From: Methanobacteriota archaeon
Lineage (GTDB): Archaea; Thermoplasmatota; Poseidoniia; Poseidoniales; Thalassarchaeaceae
Reading direction: 5' to 3'
DNA length: 64,000 nucleotides
Assembly: GCA_018650285.1 (NCBI GenBank)
Contig: JABIGF010000014.1
Span: forward strand, 683-64,682
A program made the translations under genes and the position numbers. Positions 53,546-62,479 of this stretch are shown one piece after another; positions within the stretch are counted from its first letter, which is position 1, and every line of letters begins with the position of its first letter. The notes beneath the pieces were generated by a model that was not told the DNA's origin, did no database searches, and saw nothing but the letters and a program-made list of their open reading frames with translations.

Positions 53546-56110
53546 ATGGCGAAGGAAACGAGTGGTTCACCTTCGCATTTCGGGCTACCAAAAACAATGG
53601 TTGATTTCCTCGCAAATGTATGGGAGATTGAGAAATTTCATCCGCCACAAATTGAAGCATTGCCATACGCACTGGCTGGTGATAATTTGCTTTTAGCCGC
53701 ACCAACTGCTAGCGGCAAAACATTAGTGGCGCAGTTGGCAATATTCCAAAAAATCGTTGTCACTGAACCAGGAAGTCGCGCTATTTACATCGTTCCTTTG
53801 AAAGCGCTTGCTAGCGAAAAAGTAAGTGAAATGGAAGAATTAGCAGCACTTCTTGGGCTAAAAGTAGGAATTGGAATTGGCGACAGGGGTGGTGAAAATA
53901 GAAACATAAATGATGCTGATATTGTTGTTTGCACTTCTGAAAAATTTGACTCATTACTACGGAATAGAAGTGGTTTTCTTGACAAAGTGAGCATTGTGAT
54001 TGCTGATGAAATTCATTTGGTCAATGAAACAAGCCGTGGGCCAACTCTCGAGATAAATCTTGCACGAATCATCCACGAAAAACCAGATGCGCAAATTGTA
54101 GCTCTTTCAGCCACCGTAGGTAATGCAGTGGCTGTTGCTGGTTGGTTAGATGCCAAACTTGTAATTTCCGAATGGCGACCAGTACCCCTGCGCTATGCAA
54201 CTCTAGCAGATCTTCATGTAGAAGTTAGAAAAGAAATTAGCCCTGATGCATCTGAGCCAATTCTACCTCCACCAAAGAATTTAGATGGGCCAAAATCGAA
54301 TCAAGTTTGGGCCGTATTAACCGATACGATAGATGAAGGTGGTCAATTACTATGTTTTGTTAGTACAAGGAAATCCGCTCAGGCTGTTGCCAAAGATTTA
54401 GCAAAGCGAATGAGAAAGAAAGCGGAAAAAAATGAAGATGAGAAGTCACTAAAAATATGGGCTAAACTTTCTGAAAAATCTAAGTCTAGTGAAGGTTCAC
54501 AAACCGGTGATATTCTAGCAGAATGTCTGCTTGGTGGAGTTGCATTCCATCATGCCGGTTTGACTTCAAAACAAAGAAAATTGATTGAATCCGCCTTCAA
54601 AAAGGGCGAATTATTCTGCTTAAGTGCTACTCCAACTCTTGCTGCTGGAGTTAATCTTCCAGCCCGCAGAGTTCTCATTCGCGACCTTCGTCGCTGGGAT
54701 GGAAGTGGCAGTAATCTTCTCTCCCGAATGGAAGTACACCAAATGATGGGGCGAGCGGGAAGACCTCGATACGATAATTTTGGAGAAGCATGGATAAAAT
54801 GCAAAAACACTCTAGAGGCTGATGACCTTGCTCAATATTACTTTGAATCCGACCCAGAAGATATTGTCTCGAAACTGCATATGGAAACTCCGATGAGAAT
54901 GCATGTCCTAGCCGCTATTGCCACAGGAGGGCAAACTAACCGTTATTCCCTAGGCGAATTCTTTTCCAAAACATTCCTTGCAACCGACCTACCTCCTGAA
55001 AAACTAGCCGACAATATTGACGGCATTGTCGATTGGCTATGCAATCATGACATGGTTCAAAGGATGGGTGTTGACGATAAACTTGCGGCGGAAATCGAAA
55101 AAACTCATTTAGAAATTAATGAGAAGAGTAGCAAGCAAAACAATCAAGAAAATCTGAATGAAGATTGGGATGATACACTCCCTCCTTGGGCGAGCGTTGC
55201 TTTTGCAACTACTGGAATTAGTGTTGAATCATCTACAGAAGAAAAACACCCGAAACGTAAGGGGCCAGCAGTAATGGGATTCCAATCGGCAACCGATATT
55301 GTACGAAGCACTCACTTTGAACCACCACAGCCTGAAGATGATGCTATGACATATCAAGCCACACCTTTTGGTACACAAATATCACGGCTCTATCTAGACC
55401 CACTTTCAGGCCATGTATTGCAAACTGGATTACAAAAAGCCACAGAAATAATTGCTGGGCTTGATGATGAATTAACTCTTTCACCATACAGTTTATTGCA
55501 TCTAATTTCAACAGTCCCAGACTTCATGGTTTTATGGCCTAGAGTGGCTGAAACAGGACTTTTACAATCTAGAATGTTGGCTGGCGAATCACATGAATTA
55601 GTCTCAAATGAACTACTTCGAATATCTAAATTAGACCTTGACCCGCTTGTCCATGTCAAATGTGCTGCTTCACTAGAAGCGTGGATTGATGAAGATAGCA
55701 ATCGCGATATTGAACGAAAGTATGGTGTCGCCCCTGGCGACTTACGCCTGAGAATTGAATTAGCAGAATGGTTACTTTATGCAAGCCGTGAAATTGTAAG
55801 GTACGAACAGGGAAATGAGGAGCACTTTGAACAGGCACGCAAAAAATTAATCAAATTAATAGATGAATTACGACTACGAATTATCAATGGATGTAAGCCC
55901 GATTTACTTGAATTAGTTTCAATCAATGGAGTTGGCAGAGTAAGGGCTCGTCGTTTTGCAAAATTAGGCCTCCGTACAGTTGATGATGTCCTAGAATTGA
56001 CAGATAAAGATAGACAGACACTCGCAGATAATAGAGGATGGAGTCTGCAATTAGTTGATGGAATCATTGAGAAAGCGAAAAAAGTCAGAGGAATTAATCG
56101 CCACAGATAA
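53546..56110 (+). CDS. hel308: Ski2-like ATP-dependent DNA helicase Hel308
   Basis: Helicase motifs AAPTASGKT (I), ADEIH (II), LSATVGN (III), FHHAGL and QMMGRAGR (VI), followed by winged-helix/ratchet and HhH-like C-terminal domains. The ATG at 53546 gives the usual ~30 aa before the PPQ motif. Confidence 0.9.
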   Translation: MAKETSGSPSHFGLPKTMVDFLANVWEIEKFHPPQIEALPYALAGDNLLLAAPTASGKTLVAQLAIFQKIVVTEPGSRAIYIVPLKALASEKVSEMEELAALLGLKVGIGIGDRGGENRNINDADIVVCTSEKFDSLLRNRSGFLDKVSIVIADEIHLVNETSRGPTLEINLARIIHEKPDAQIVALSATVGNAVAVAGWLDAKLVISEWRPVPLRYATLADLHVEVRKEISPDASEPILPPPKNLDGPKSNQVWAVLTDTIDEGGQLLCFVSTRKSAQAVAKDLAKRMRKKAEKNEDEKSLKIWAKLSEKSKSSEGSQTGDILAECLLGGVAFHHAGLTSKQRKLIESAFKKGELFCLSATPTLAAGVNLPARRVLIRDLRRWDGSGSNLLSRMEVHQMMGRAGRPRYDNFGEAWIKCKNTLEADDLAQYYFESDPEDIVSKLHMETPMRMHVLAAIATGGQTNRYSLGEFFSKTFLATDLPPEKLADNIDGIVDWLCNHDMVQRMGVDDKLAAEIEKTHLEINEKSSKQNNQENLNEDWDDTLPPWASVAFATTGISVESSTEEKHPKRKGPAVMGFQSATDIVRSTHFEPPQPEDDAMTYQATPFGTQISRLYLDPLSGHVLQTGLQKATEIIAGLDDELTLSPYSLLHLISTVPDFMVLWPRVAETGLLQSRMLAGESHELVSNELLRISKLDLDPLVHVKCAASLEAWIDEDSNRDIERKYGVAPGDLRLRIELAEWLLYASREIVRYEQGNEEHFEQARKKLIKLIDELRLRIINGCKPDLLELVSINGVGRVRARRFAKLGLRTVDDVLELTDKDRQTLADNRGWSLQLVDGIIEKAKKVRGINRHR

Positions 56111-56111
56111 T

Positions 56112-56702
56112 ATGAGGGCGAGAGGTAGCGCCCAACTGATGGAGGAGGCTCAACCACCTTGGTTTACGGCTTGGTCCGTAAAATTTCAGGAACCTATTTC
56201 TGACCCAAGAGTCATTGCTGCAATGCTTCTGCAAAAACGACCTGATGAGAGGTGGCTATTGCTTGGCCATGCAACTCCTGTTTCAGAACGCCATCTCTGG
56301 GCAGCTTGGTTAGCACTTCGGGAAAGAGTAAACTCAAGCACAATGATTAGCAATTCAATAGATGGTGAATTCATGAGATTATTGGCTGGAACCCATCAAA
56401 TGAGTGTAGCGTTCCATAGAACTGGTGTAAGAGCGGGTGATGAAAAAGCATGGTTGGTCAGGCTGCCAGAATGGAATGAATCAATGGATGATGATCAAAT
56501 TTCAATAATTGGCCCTAGCGGAAATTATGACGATGATTTGTACCAATTAATGAGTTGGTTAGAGTGTGATTTGGTACCAGAAAGACCAACTGCAAGCAAA
56601 TTAACTATTGAAAGATTAGAACTTACAAATCAGCCTAATCAGAATGAATATTCCCTTGAACAGCAACTAATGATGAGATTGTCAATAACTGATCTTGACT
56701 GA
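56112..56702 (+). CDS. hypothetical protein, possible Cgi121-like KEOPS subunit (weak)
   Basis: The ATG lies 1 nt after the hel308 stop. The segment EFMRLLAGTHQMSVAFHRTGV resembles the recalled Cgi121 helix EILVRASGQRQIHEAIKIIG. The C-terminal LEQQLMMRLSITDL resembles the terminal Cgi121 helix. The resemblance is by eye only. Confidence 0.4.
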   Translation: MRARGSAQLMEEAQPPWFTAWSVKFQEPISDPRVIAAMLLQKRPDERWLLLGHATPVSERHLWAAWLALRERVNSSTMISNSIDGEFMRLLAGTHQMSVAFHRTGVRAGDEKAWLVRLPEWNESMDDDQISIIGPSGNYDDDLYQLMSWLECDLVPERPTASKLTIERLELTNQPNQNEYSLEQQLMMRLSITDLD

Positions 56703-56717
56703 AGGGTTCATAGAGCG

Positions 56718-56978
56718 ATGTCTCTGGCCCACAAATACATGGCACGCTTTCATGGATACCGAACTTGCACTACTTGTGGAACTGCAAATGCTACTGGTCA
56801 TTTCCTTGACTTACATAAAGAACGATACTGCTTACCTTGCTATTCGCGCAAAGTGAATCCTGAACACCCATCTCTTGAAGAGATGGTCTCTGCAAGAGAT
56901 GAGTCTCTTGCAACTTGGAAATGCCAAAAATGGCGCCGTTCTGATTCAAAGTTACCCAATGGGCCTCAATCATACTGA
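56718..56978 (+). CDS. small zinc-ribbon-like protein (86 aa)
   Basis: CTTC(x18)CLPC cysteine pairs. The ORF sits 15 nt after the preceding gene. No family recognised. Confidence 0.4.
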   Translation: MSLAHKYMARFHGYRTCTTCGTANATGHFLDLHKERYCLPCYSRKVNPEHPSLEEMVSARDESLATWKCQKWRRSDSKLPNGPQSY

Positions 56979-57009
56979 TGTATCAACATCAATAACATTG
57001 CATATCCGA

Positions 57010-58059
57010 TTAATCTCGGATTCCATCTTCAGTAACGTGGAAGATTGCCTCGCCTTCTGGAAGGTTTGGAGAATCGACTAAGCGACCAATTCTTCGTCCA
57101 GCCTTTGACTTTCGTAGGTAGAGACGGAATGTGCTTGCGTGACCAACGATGTGTCCGCCGATTGGCTTTGTTGGGTCACCCCACATTGCGTCTGGTTTCG
57201 AATGAACCTGGTTAGTAACCAATACAAGAGCATTGTTTACATCAGCTAATTGTTTGAGTTCTTTCAAATGTTTATTCAACTTCTGTTGACGCTCTGCAAG
57301 TTTACCCCGCCCAAGATACTCAGCACGGAAATGGCTAGTCAAAGAGTCAACAATGACCATTTTCACTTCAATATTCTTTGACATACGCTTGATTTCATCC
57401 ACCAACAACATTTGATGTGCTGAATTGTATGCTCTTGCAACATGAATTCTCTCAAGAACCGCATCTGGATCCAATCCATTACCTCGTGCCATCTGTGAAA
57501 TTCGCTCAGGCCTGAAAGTATCTTCAGTATCAATATAGAATACTTCACCATCTAAACCGCCTTCGGATACTGGCATGATTGTATTTACAGCCAACTGGTG
57601 ACCAATTTGTGTCTTTCCTGAACCAAATTCACCGTATACTTCGCAAATTGCTTGTGTTTCAAAACCACCGCCAAATAACTCATCGAGAGCAACACTGCCT
57701 GTAGTCACTTTGAGGACTTCACTGCGCTTCTCAAGTAAAGCACCACCACTGATAAATCCGCCAATATTAGCCAATTTCTTTGCGCCATTAATGATTTTCG
57801 CTGACACAGCCTCACCAAGTTCGGCTGCGTCTGCCAATGCACTTGGAGACATTACCGCAATACCTAGCAGGTCATCAAACCCAGCTTCTCTCAACTTCTC
57901 CGCGGTTGCAGGCCCTACGCCTGGGAGGTCATCTAAAGTCGGTTCTTCTTCGGGTACCTCTACCAAAACTGTGGTCTCCTCCTCCTCTAGGGATTCGTCG
58001 ACCTCCTTCAACTCTTTCTCATCATCTGATTCTTTCTTTGCTACCATGTTTCTCATCAC
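57010..58059 (-). CDS. radA: DNA repair and recombination protein RadA
   Basis: HhH N-domain [20 protein letters not shown], Walker [10 protein letters not shown], and Walker B/L1 region [15 protein letters not shown]. There is a ~40-aa acidic N-terminal extension. The start is a GTG at 58059 or the ATG at 58056. Confidence 0.95.
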   Translation of the reverse strand: MMRNMVAKKESDDEKELKEVDESLEEEETTVLVEVPEEEPTLDDLPGVGPATAEKLREAGFDDLLGIAVMSPSALADAAELGEAVSAKIINGAKKLANIGGFISGGALLEKRSEVLKVTTGSVALDELFGGGFETQAICEVYGEFGSGKTQIGHQLAVNTIMPVSEGGLDGEVFYIDTEDTFRPERISQMARGNGLDPDAVLERIHVARAYNSAHQMLLVDEIKRMSKNIEVKMVIVDSLTSHFRAEYLGRGKLAERQQKLNKHLKELKQLADVNNALVLVTNQVHSKPDAMWGDPTKPIGGHIVGHASTFRLYLRKSKAGRRIGRLVDSPNLPEGEAIFHVTEDGIRD

Positions 58060-58088
58060 TCACTAAACCTCACTACGACCAGCGGGGG

Positions 58089-58096
58089 TATATCAA
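58089..58096 (-). promoter_or_regulatory. TATA-like box TTGATATA upstream of radA
   Basis: On the minus strand the box lies 30-40 nt upstream of the radA start codons. This implies a leaderless or very short-leader mRNA. It is related to the TTGAAATA boxes at the two tRNA genes. Confidence 0.35.
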
Positions 58097-58159
58097 TCAA
58101 CTATAGAGGGGGTTGACCCGGTTGAAAGTGATTCGCAATGAAAAATGCTTATTTTTTCC

Positions 58160-58207
58160 AAAAAACAATCAAAATTCACTTTCAGTTTTCATTCACAAAA
58201 AACTGAA
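58160..58207 (-). terminator. hairpin plus T-tracts downstream of the 58229..58684 gene
   Basis: A perfect 9-bp stem, ttcagtttt (58181-58189) / aaaactgaa (58199-58207), with a 9-nt loop starts 22 nt after the stop codon. On the minus strand it is followed by TTTT (58171-58174) and TTTTTT (58160-58165). Confidence 0.5.
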
Positions 58208-58228
58208 TCTGAAACTAATATTTTCCTC

Positions 58229-58684
58229 TCATGCCTTCTTTAATCCCATTGTTGGAGGAATAATCCCCACCATCCCACACGTAAAGAATTGGAATGTGGC
58301 CACTACATGATGCCATAATACCCAGCCAATACCGTCAGCGGTTTCGTCAGTTATTACTCCTGCAATTACTATGTTCACAAACATTACTGCAAATACCACC
58401 CAACCAGCTCCTTGAATTCTGCGAAGAATCAATCCGCCACATACTATCAAAATTAGCGCGACGATTATACTAACTATGTCAGGAAGTGGATTACTGCTTG
58501 AGATATCAATTGCCAAATATCCTTTCAAGATCCCAGCAAGAATGAGAAAGACTCCACTGCCAGTATACACCCAATATGGCTCTTCCATTATCAGCAGGTG
58601 TGGCGCTTTCTCTGGTTTGTCACCAACACCTATGGCAATAAATTCGCGGTCACCAGGAATTGCTTCCAAGGTCTTCTCATCCAC
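58229..58684 (-). CDS. hypothetical polytopic membrane protein (151 aa)
   Basis: Four hydrophobic helices. No family recognised. Confidence 0.5.
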   Translation of the reverse strand: MDEKTLEAIPGDREFIAIGVGDKPEKAPHLLIMEEPYWVYTGSGVFLILAGILKGYLAIDISSSNPLPDIVSIIVALILIVCGGLILRRIQGAGWVVFAVMFVNIVIAGVITDETADGIGWVLWHHVVATFQFFTCGMVGIIPPTMGLKKA

Positions 58685-58727
58685 GATTCAACGGAGATGT
58701 CACCCAATATCAACCTTGACAACCAAC

Positions 58728-59576
58728 CTATTCTGCAACAGGCGGTTCAGGCAATGGTGTCTCTAACGGCTCATACTCAATAGTTAGGAATGTTTCAGTC
58801 TCGATTTGGTCGCCTTCAACATCAATATCCATTCTCCAACCGCCTGCAAGTGGGTCGTTTGTGCCCCAGCCATACTGGTCTTGGCCACCGTCAGCAATTT
58901 CCTTGGTTGAGGCATCTTCCTCTGTATCAGCAGGGTTTCGTACAGACCAAGTGACTGTTGATGGACCTCCTCCAATGATAAAGGCAGGAGAATTGGTCGC
59001 ATTGCTAATCAAATCAACACGCCTTGGTGAAGCCTCTGAAGAACCGGGTGAGGTATCAAACCAAACAGGGTATGGATTGTCTGTACTTTGAGTATTATCG
59101 TAATGTAATTCATACTCAACCCGCAATAGAACCTCTACTTCTCCTGTATTGCCATCAGAATCGTTCGCCCCAAGAGTCGCTCGGTAAATCCCATGTGTAT
59201 CATAGGATACTGTGACTGTTGACATATCAGCAGCATTGACCTCAACTACTGCGTCTCCGTTGCCAGGGTCAACCCAAAATGTGGATATATCTCCCTCTTC
59301 GCTGTAAGTCTCATTGAAATCAAAGGTAAATCCTGCCTCATCTAACGATTGTGTCTGATTTTGAGAATTCGGTGCCATGATGTGAAGAATGGTGCCAGAG
59401 GTTGCATCTGCACCCCAAACCACGTGAACCTTGCTTGGTTTTGTCTCATCATCGCCACCCAAACAGCCAGCCATTGGAGAGAGTAGTAGAAGAAGCATCA
59501 AGGCTATGCTAGGCAATACTCGGCTACCTAAACCCGCACTAATCAAGCGTGTCATAACAACTACGGGAGGGCTCAT
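58728..59576 (-). CDS. hypothetical secreted lipoprotein-like protein with a PKD/Ig-like segment
   Basis: The N-terminal hydrophobic region ends in the lipobox-like LLSPMAGC. The strand pattern VTVSYDTHGIYRATLGANDSDGNTGEVEV resembles a PKD domain. Confidence 0.6.
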   Translation of the reverse strand: MSPPVVVMTRLISAGLGSRVLPSIALMLLLLLSPMAGCLGGDDETKPSKVHVVWGADATSGTILHIMAPNSQNQTQSLDEAGFTFDFNETYSEEGDISTFWVDPGNGDAVVEVNAADMSTVTVSYDTHGIYRATLGANDSDGNTGEVEVLLRVEYELHYDNTQSTDNPYPVWFDTSPGSSEASPRRVDLISNATNSPAFIIGGGPSTVTWSVRNPADTEEDASTKEIADGGQDQYGWGTNDPLAGGWRMDIDVEGDQIETETFLTIEYEPLETPLPEPPVAE

Positions 59577-59672
59577 CTAAGAAAAAGGCAACGGCGAAAC
59601 CCACAAACAATTACTTCGCACACCTATTGATGTAATCGGGTGCCTTGATAGCGTGAACCACATGGCCATAAC

Positions 59673-60344
59673 ATGCGCCGAGAGGTTGTCTACATCCTCA
59701 CTATTAGCATCGGTTTGTGGGTGGATCAGAATGGTGCTGATTGGGCCATAAAAGGCGAATATTTTGTCGACATTTTTTGCTGGAGTCTCTTCGCGACAAT
59801 CTATGCACGGGGTGAACGGTTAGAGCGTATTGAGATGCTTACCGTTTTGGCATTTGCAACACCAATGGAACTGTTCTTCAGCGAAGTTTGGCATTTGTAT
59901 GAATACCGTGAGGGAATGATGCCACTATTCGTGCCGGTGGGGCATTGGTTCCTGTTTGATTTGGGACGACGACTTTCTCGTCACTTACCTGAAAAATGGT
60001 CGTGGTTTACCATTCTTCCATTTATCCCATTGTCATTGTATTTCGCCTACAAAGGTGTTGACACATCTGGTTTGTTCTTGCTCGTCGCTTTGCTTTCTTT
60101 CATGCGTTGGAGACCTGAACGGCGTCTGTATGCCACGATGGCATGGTTGGCGCTCGCAATGGAATTATGGGGCACACATTTGGGAAACTGGACTTGGTAT
60201 CCAGATGTGGGTTGGACACCACTGACCGCATTGAATCCACCACTTCTATGCGGTGTTGTCTACGCGTTGGGTGATTTGTTGGTGAATGTGACTGTCAATC
60301 GATTCACTCAAACAGAATCGACGGACAATCACCCAGTGGATTGA
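59673..60344 (+). CDS. hypothetical polytopic membrane protein (223 aa)
   Basis: Five to six hydrophobic helices, rich in Trp. No family recognised. Confidence 0.5.
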   Translation: MRREVVYILTISIGLWVDQNGADWAIKGEYFVDIFCWSLFATIYARGERLERIEMLTVLAFATPMELFFSEVWHLYEYREGMMPLFVPVGHWFLFDLGRRLSRHLPEKWSWFTILPFIPLSLYFAYKGVDTSGLFLLVALLSFMRWRPERRLYATMAWLALAMELWGTHLGNWTWYPDVGWTPLTALNPPLLCGVVYALGDLLVNVTVNRFTQTESTDNHPVD

Positions 60345-60395
60345 GCGTTTGCTGATTGGTATTGACTACGATGACTTCGCCCACATTGAATTGAA

Positions 60396-60403
60396 TTGAA
60401 ATA
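60396..60403 (+). promoter_or_regulatory. TATA-like box TTGAAATA upstream of initiator tRNA
   Basis: The octamer centre lies ~27 nt upstream of the mature tRNA 5' end at 60426, which is the canonical archaeal TATA-to-start spacing. It is identical to the octamer at 23541-23548. Confidence 0.4.
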
Positions 60404-60425
60404 GGGGTGGCGTTCCCGATGGGTC

Positions 60426-60503
60426 AGCGCTTTGGAGTAGTCAGGTCATCTCGTCGGGCTCATAACCCGGAGACCGGTAGTTCAAATCTACCAGGCGCTA
60501 CCA
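60426..60503 (+). tRNA. initiator tRNA-Met (anticodon CAT), CCA encoded
   Basis: Folded by hand. Acceptor stem AGCGCTT/AGGCGCT (A1:U72, one G:U). D-arm GAGT-AGTCAGGTCA-TCTC. Anticodon stem TCGGG/CCCGG with three consecutive G:C pairs next to the loop CTCATAA. T-arm GGTAG-TTCAAAT-CTACC, discriminator A, then CCA. The 3' half closely matches my recollection of a haloarchaeal initiator tRNA. Confidence 0.9.
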
Positions 60504-60504
60504 A

Positions 60505-60984
60505 TTATTCATCTTCATTACTGACATCACCCATTACTACTGAATCTTTGATTATGATAGTTTTTACCTCTGTAGTTGTCGCTGCTGCCGGTGTTGTTGT
60601 ATTGTTAGAATCTGTTTTTTTGAAGTGAACCCAAAGCACGTAAGGTAGGCTCCAGAAGGCACCTCCAACAGCTCCTATGGCAACCACTGTGGCTAATGTG
60701 ATTGGTTCGTTGTTTGGTAATCCAAATAGAGGGCCAAATAGGGGGATTATAGATGTGATAAAAGCTATGGGAATCAGTATCTTTAGGTTCAATTCAGGAC
60801 CTCCTAATCGTATCGATATTTGATTAACAGTTACTGCGGAAAGGGCAGCCAATGCAAAAAAACCACCGCAGAGTCCTGCAAAAGAACCTGGATCAATCTC
60901 ACCAAGGACGAATACGACGATAATGAATATCGCCAATAAAGCACCTGTTCCTGCGCCAGCAAAAATGATGTCTCTTTTTCTCAT
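60505..60984 (-). CDS. hypothetical polytopic membrane protein (159 aa)
   Basis: Four hydrophobic helices, then a Thr/Ala-rich C-terminal tail. The stop codon begins 2 nt after the tRNA CCA end on the opposite strand. Confidence 0.5.
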   Translation of the reverse strand: MRKRDIIFAGAGTGALLAIFIIVVFVLGEIDPGSFAGLCGGFFALAALSAVTVNQISIRLGGPELNLKILIPIAFITSIIPLFGPLFGLPNNEPITLATVVAIGAVGGAFWSLPYVLWVHFKKTDSNNTTTPAAATTTEVKTIIIKDSVVMGDVSNEDE

Positions 60985-61067
60985 AATACCACTATCGCTG
61001 ATAATTTGTATTATGTGTTAATTTATGTATCTGTGTATCAAGATAAGGGAAACCGGCGGAATCATCA

Positions 61068-62477
61068 ATGGCTGCTCTCCCCGTTGAAGGGGCGAGGGAG
61101 CAGATGAGTGGCGGTTCAATGTTGATACGTGACGCTGAAATGGTGCTCTCGGACCGCATCGTTGCTGGTGATTTGCGAGTAGTCGCAGGCAAGATAGAAT
61201 CAATCGCTATTGGAGGAGGTCTAGTCCCTAATGGAGATGAGATGCTTGTTGAGGCTGAGGGTCTACACCTGATGGCTGGGGCAATTGACCCTCAAGTCCA
61301 TTTCAGAGAGCCTGGCAACCCTGAGAAAGAAACCATCGGTTCAGGCTCTAGAGCAGCCGCAGCAGGTGGTGTGACATCATTCTTAGATATGCCAAACAAC
61401 AAACCTGCCACTACCAGTTTAGCCGCAATGCAGGCAAAAATAGACTCAGCTGCAGCAACAGCAGTCACAAACTACGGATTTTTCATCGGTGCTACACCAA
61501 CTAACGTTGCAGACTTGCAAGAGGCTGTAGGAACTGCAGAAGCACCTTCACCAACTGATGGAATCTGTGGAATCAAGGTATTCATGGGCTCATCAACTGG
61601 CGACCTTCTAGTTCACCAACAAGAACATCTTGAGAACATCTTTGCTAACACAGGTGGAATCATCGCTGTCCACGCAGAGGATGAAGACAGACTCAATGCT
61701 AGATGGCCAGAGTTCCAAGACCGCACTGATATCGCCGCTCACGCTGAATGGCGTGACTACGAATGCGCTCTGATAGCAACTAAGCGAGCAACGGCTCTAG
61801 CAAAAGAATTCAACCACAAATTGCATGTTCTTCACCTTACAACAGGTGTAGAAGCGGATTGGTTAGCCCAAAACAAGGGTGATTTAGTGACTACGGAAGT
61901 ATGTCCGCAGCACCTCACTTTTGACGAAGAGGATGTGACGCGCGTGGGCACCCGTCTGAAAATGAACCCACCAATTCGCTATGCTCAAGACCGTGACACG
62001 TTATGGCGCCGTCTCAAGGATGGAACGATTGACTGCATTGCAACCGACCACGCCCCTCACACTTTGGAAAACAAGGCACTAGGGTTCCCTGCCGCCCACT
62101 CTGGAATGCCTGGAGTGGAAACTTCTCTCCCCCTCATGCTCACACACGCACTGGATGGGAAGTGCTCTGTCTCTGACGTCGCACGCTGGATGTGTGAAGG
62201 GCCTGCCCGAGTTTATGGCATGAAGAACAAGGGTCGTCTTGAAGAAGGATTTGATGGAGACTTGGTGCTTGTTGACTTAGAAAACTCTCACACCATCCAA
62301 GATGCAGATACTTGGACTAATGTCGGCTGGACACCACTTGCTGGCATGGAATTGACTGGATTCCCACAACTAACTGTTGTGGGTGGAATTCCTGTTCATG
62401 GACGAGGGATTGGCGGCTCGCTGCGCGGCGAGCCTTTCTGTGAATCCGGCGAAGCCGGAACTGCTCTCAAATTCTGA
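61068..62477 (+). CDS. pyrC: dihydroorotase (cyclic amidohydrolase family)
   Basis: Metal-binding motifs DPQVHFREPG, FLDMPN, KVFMGSSTG, AVHAEDE, HVLHLTT and ATDHAPH. The real start may be the internal ATG at 61104 or 61119 (MLIRDAEMV). Confidence 0.85.
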   Translation: MAALPVEGAREQMSGGSMLIRDAEMVLSDRIVAGDLRVVAGKIESIAIGGGLVPNGDEMLVEAEGLHLMAGAIDPQVHFREPGNPEKETIGSGSRAAAAGGVTSFLDMPNNKPATTSLAAMQAKIDSAAATAVTNYGFFIGATPTNVADLQEAVGTAEAPSPTDGICGIKVFMGSSTGDLLVHQQEHLENIFANTGGIIAVHAEDEDRLNARWPEFQDRTDIAAHAEWRDYECALIATKRATALAKEFNHKLHVLHLTTGVEADWLAQNKGDLVTTEVCPQHLTFDEEDVTRVGTRLKMNPPIRYAQDRDTLWRRLKDGTIDCIATDHAPHTLENKALGFPAAHSGMPGVETSLPLMLTHALDGKCSVSDVARWMCEGPARVYGMKNKGRLEEGFDGDLVLVDLENSHTIQDADTWTNVGWTPLAGMELTGFPQLTVVGGIPVHGRGIGGSLRGEPFCESGEAGTALKF

Positions 62478-62479
62478 TT

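Noticed and set aside
53548-53575. A 7-bp hairpin, GCGAAGG...CCTTCGC, upstream of hel308 as a possible regulatory element.
   Set aside because: With the more plausible hel308 start at 53546, the hairpin lies inside the coding region (residues TSGSPSHFG). The pairing is probably incidental.
60407-60628. 73-aa plus-strand ORF.
   Set aside because: It reads straight through the initiator tRNA gene (60426-60503) and into the antisense of a membrane-protein gene. It is spurious.
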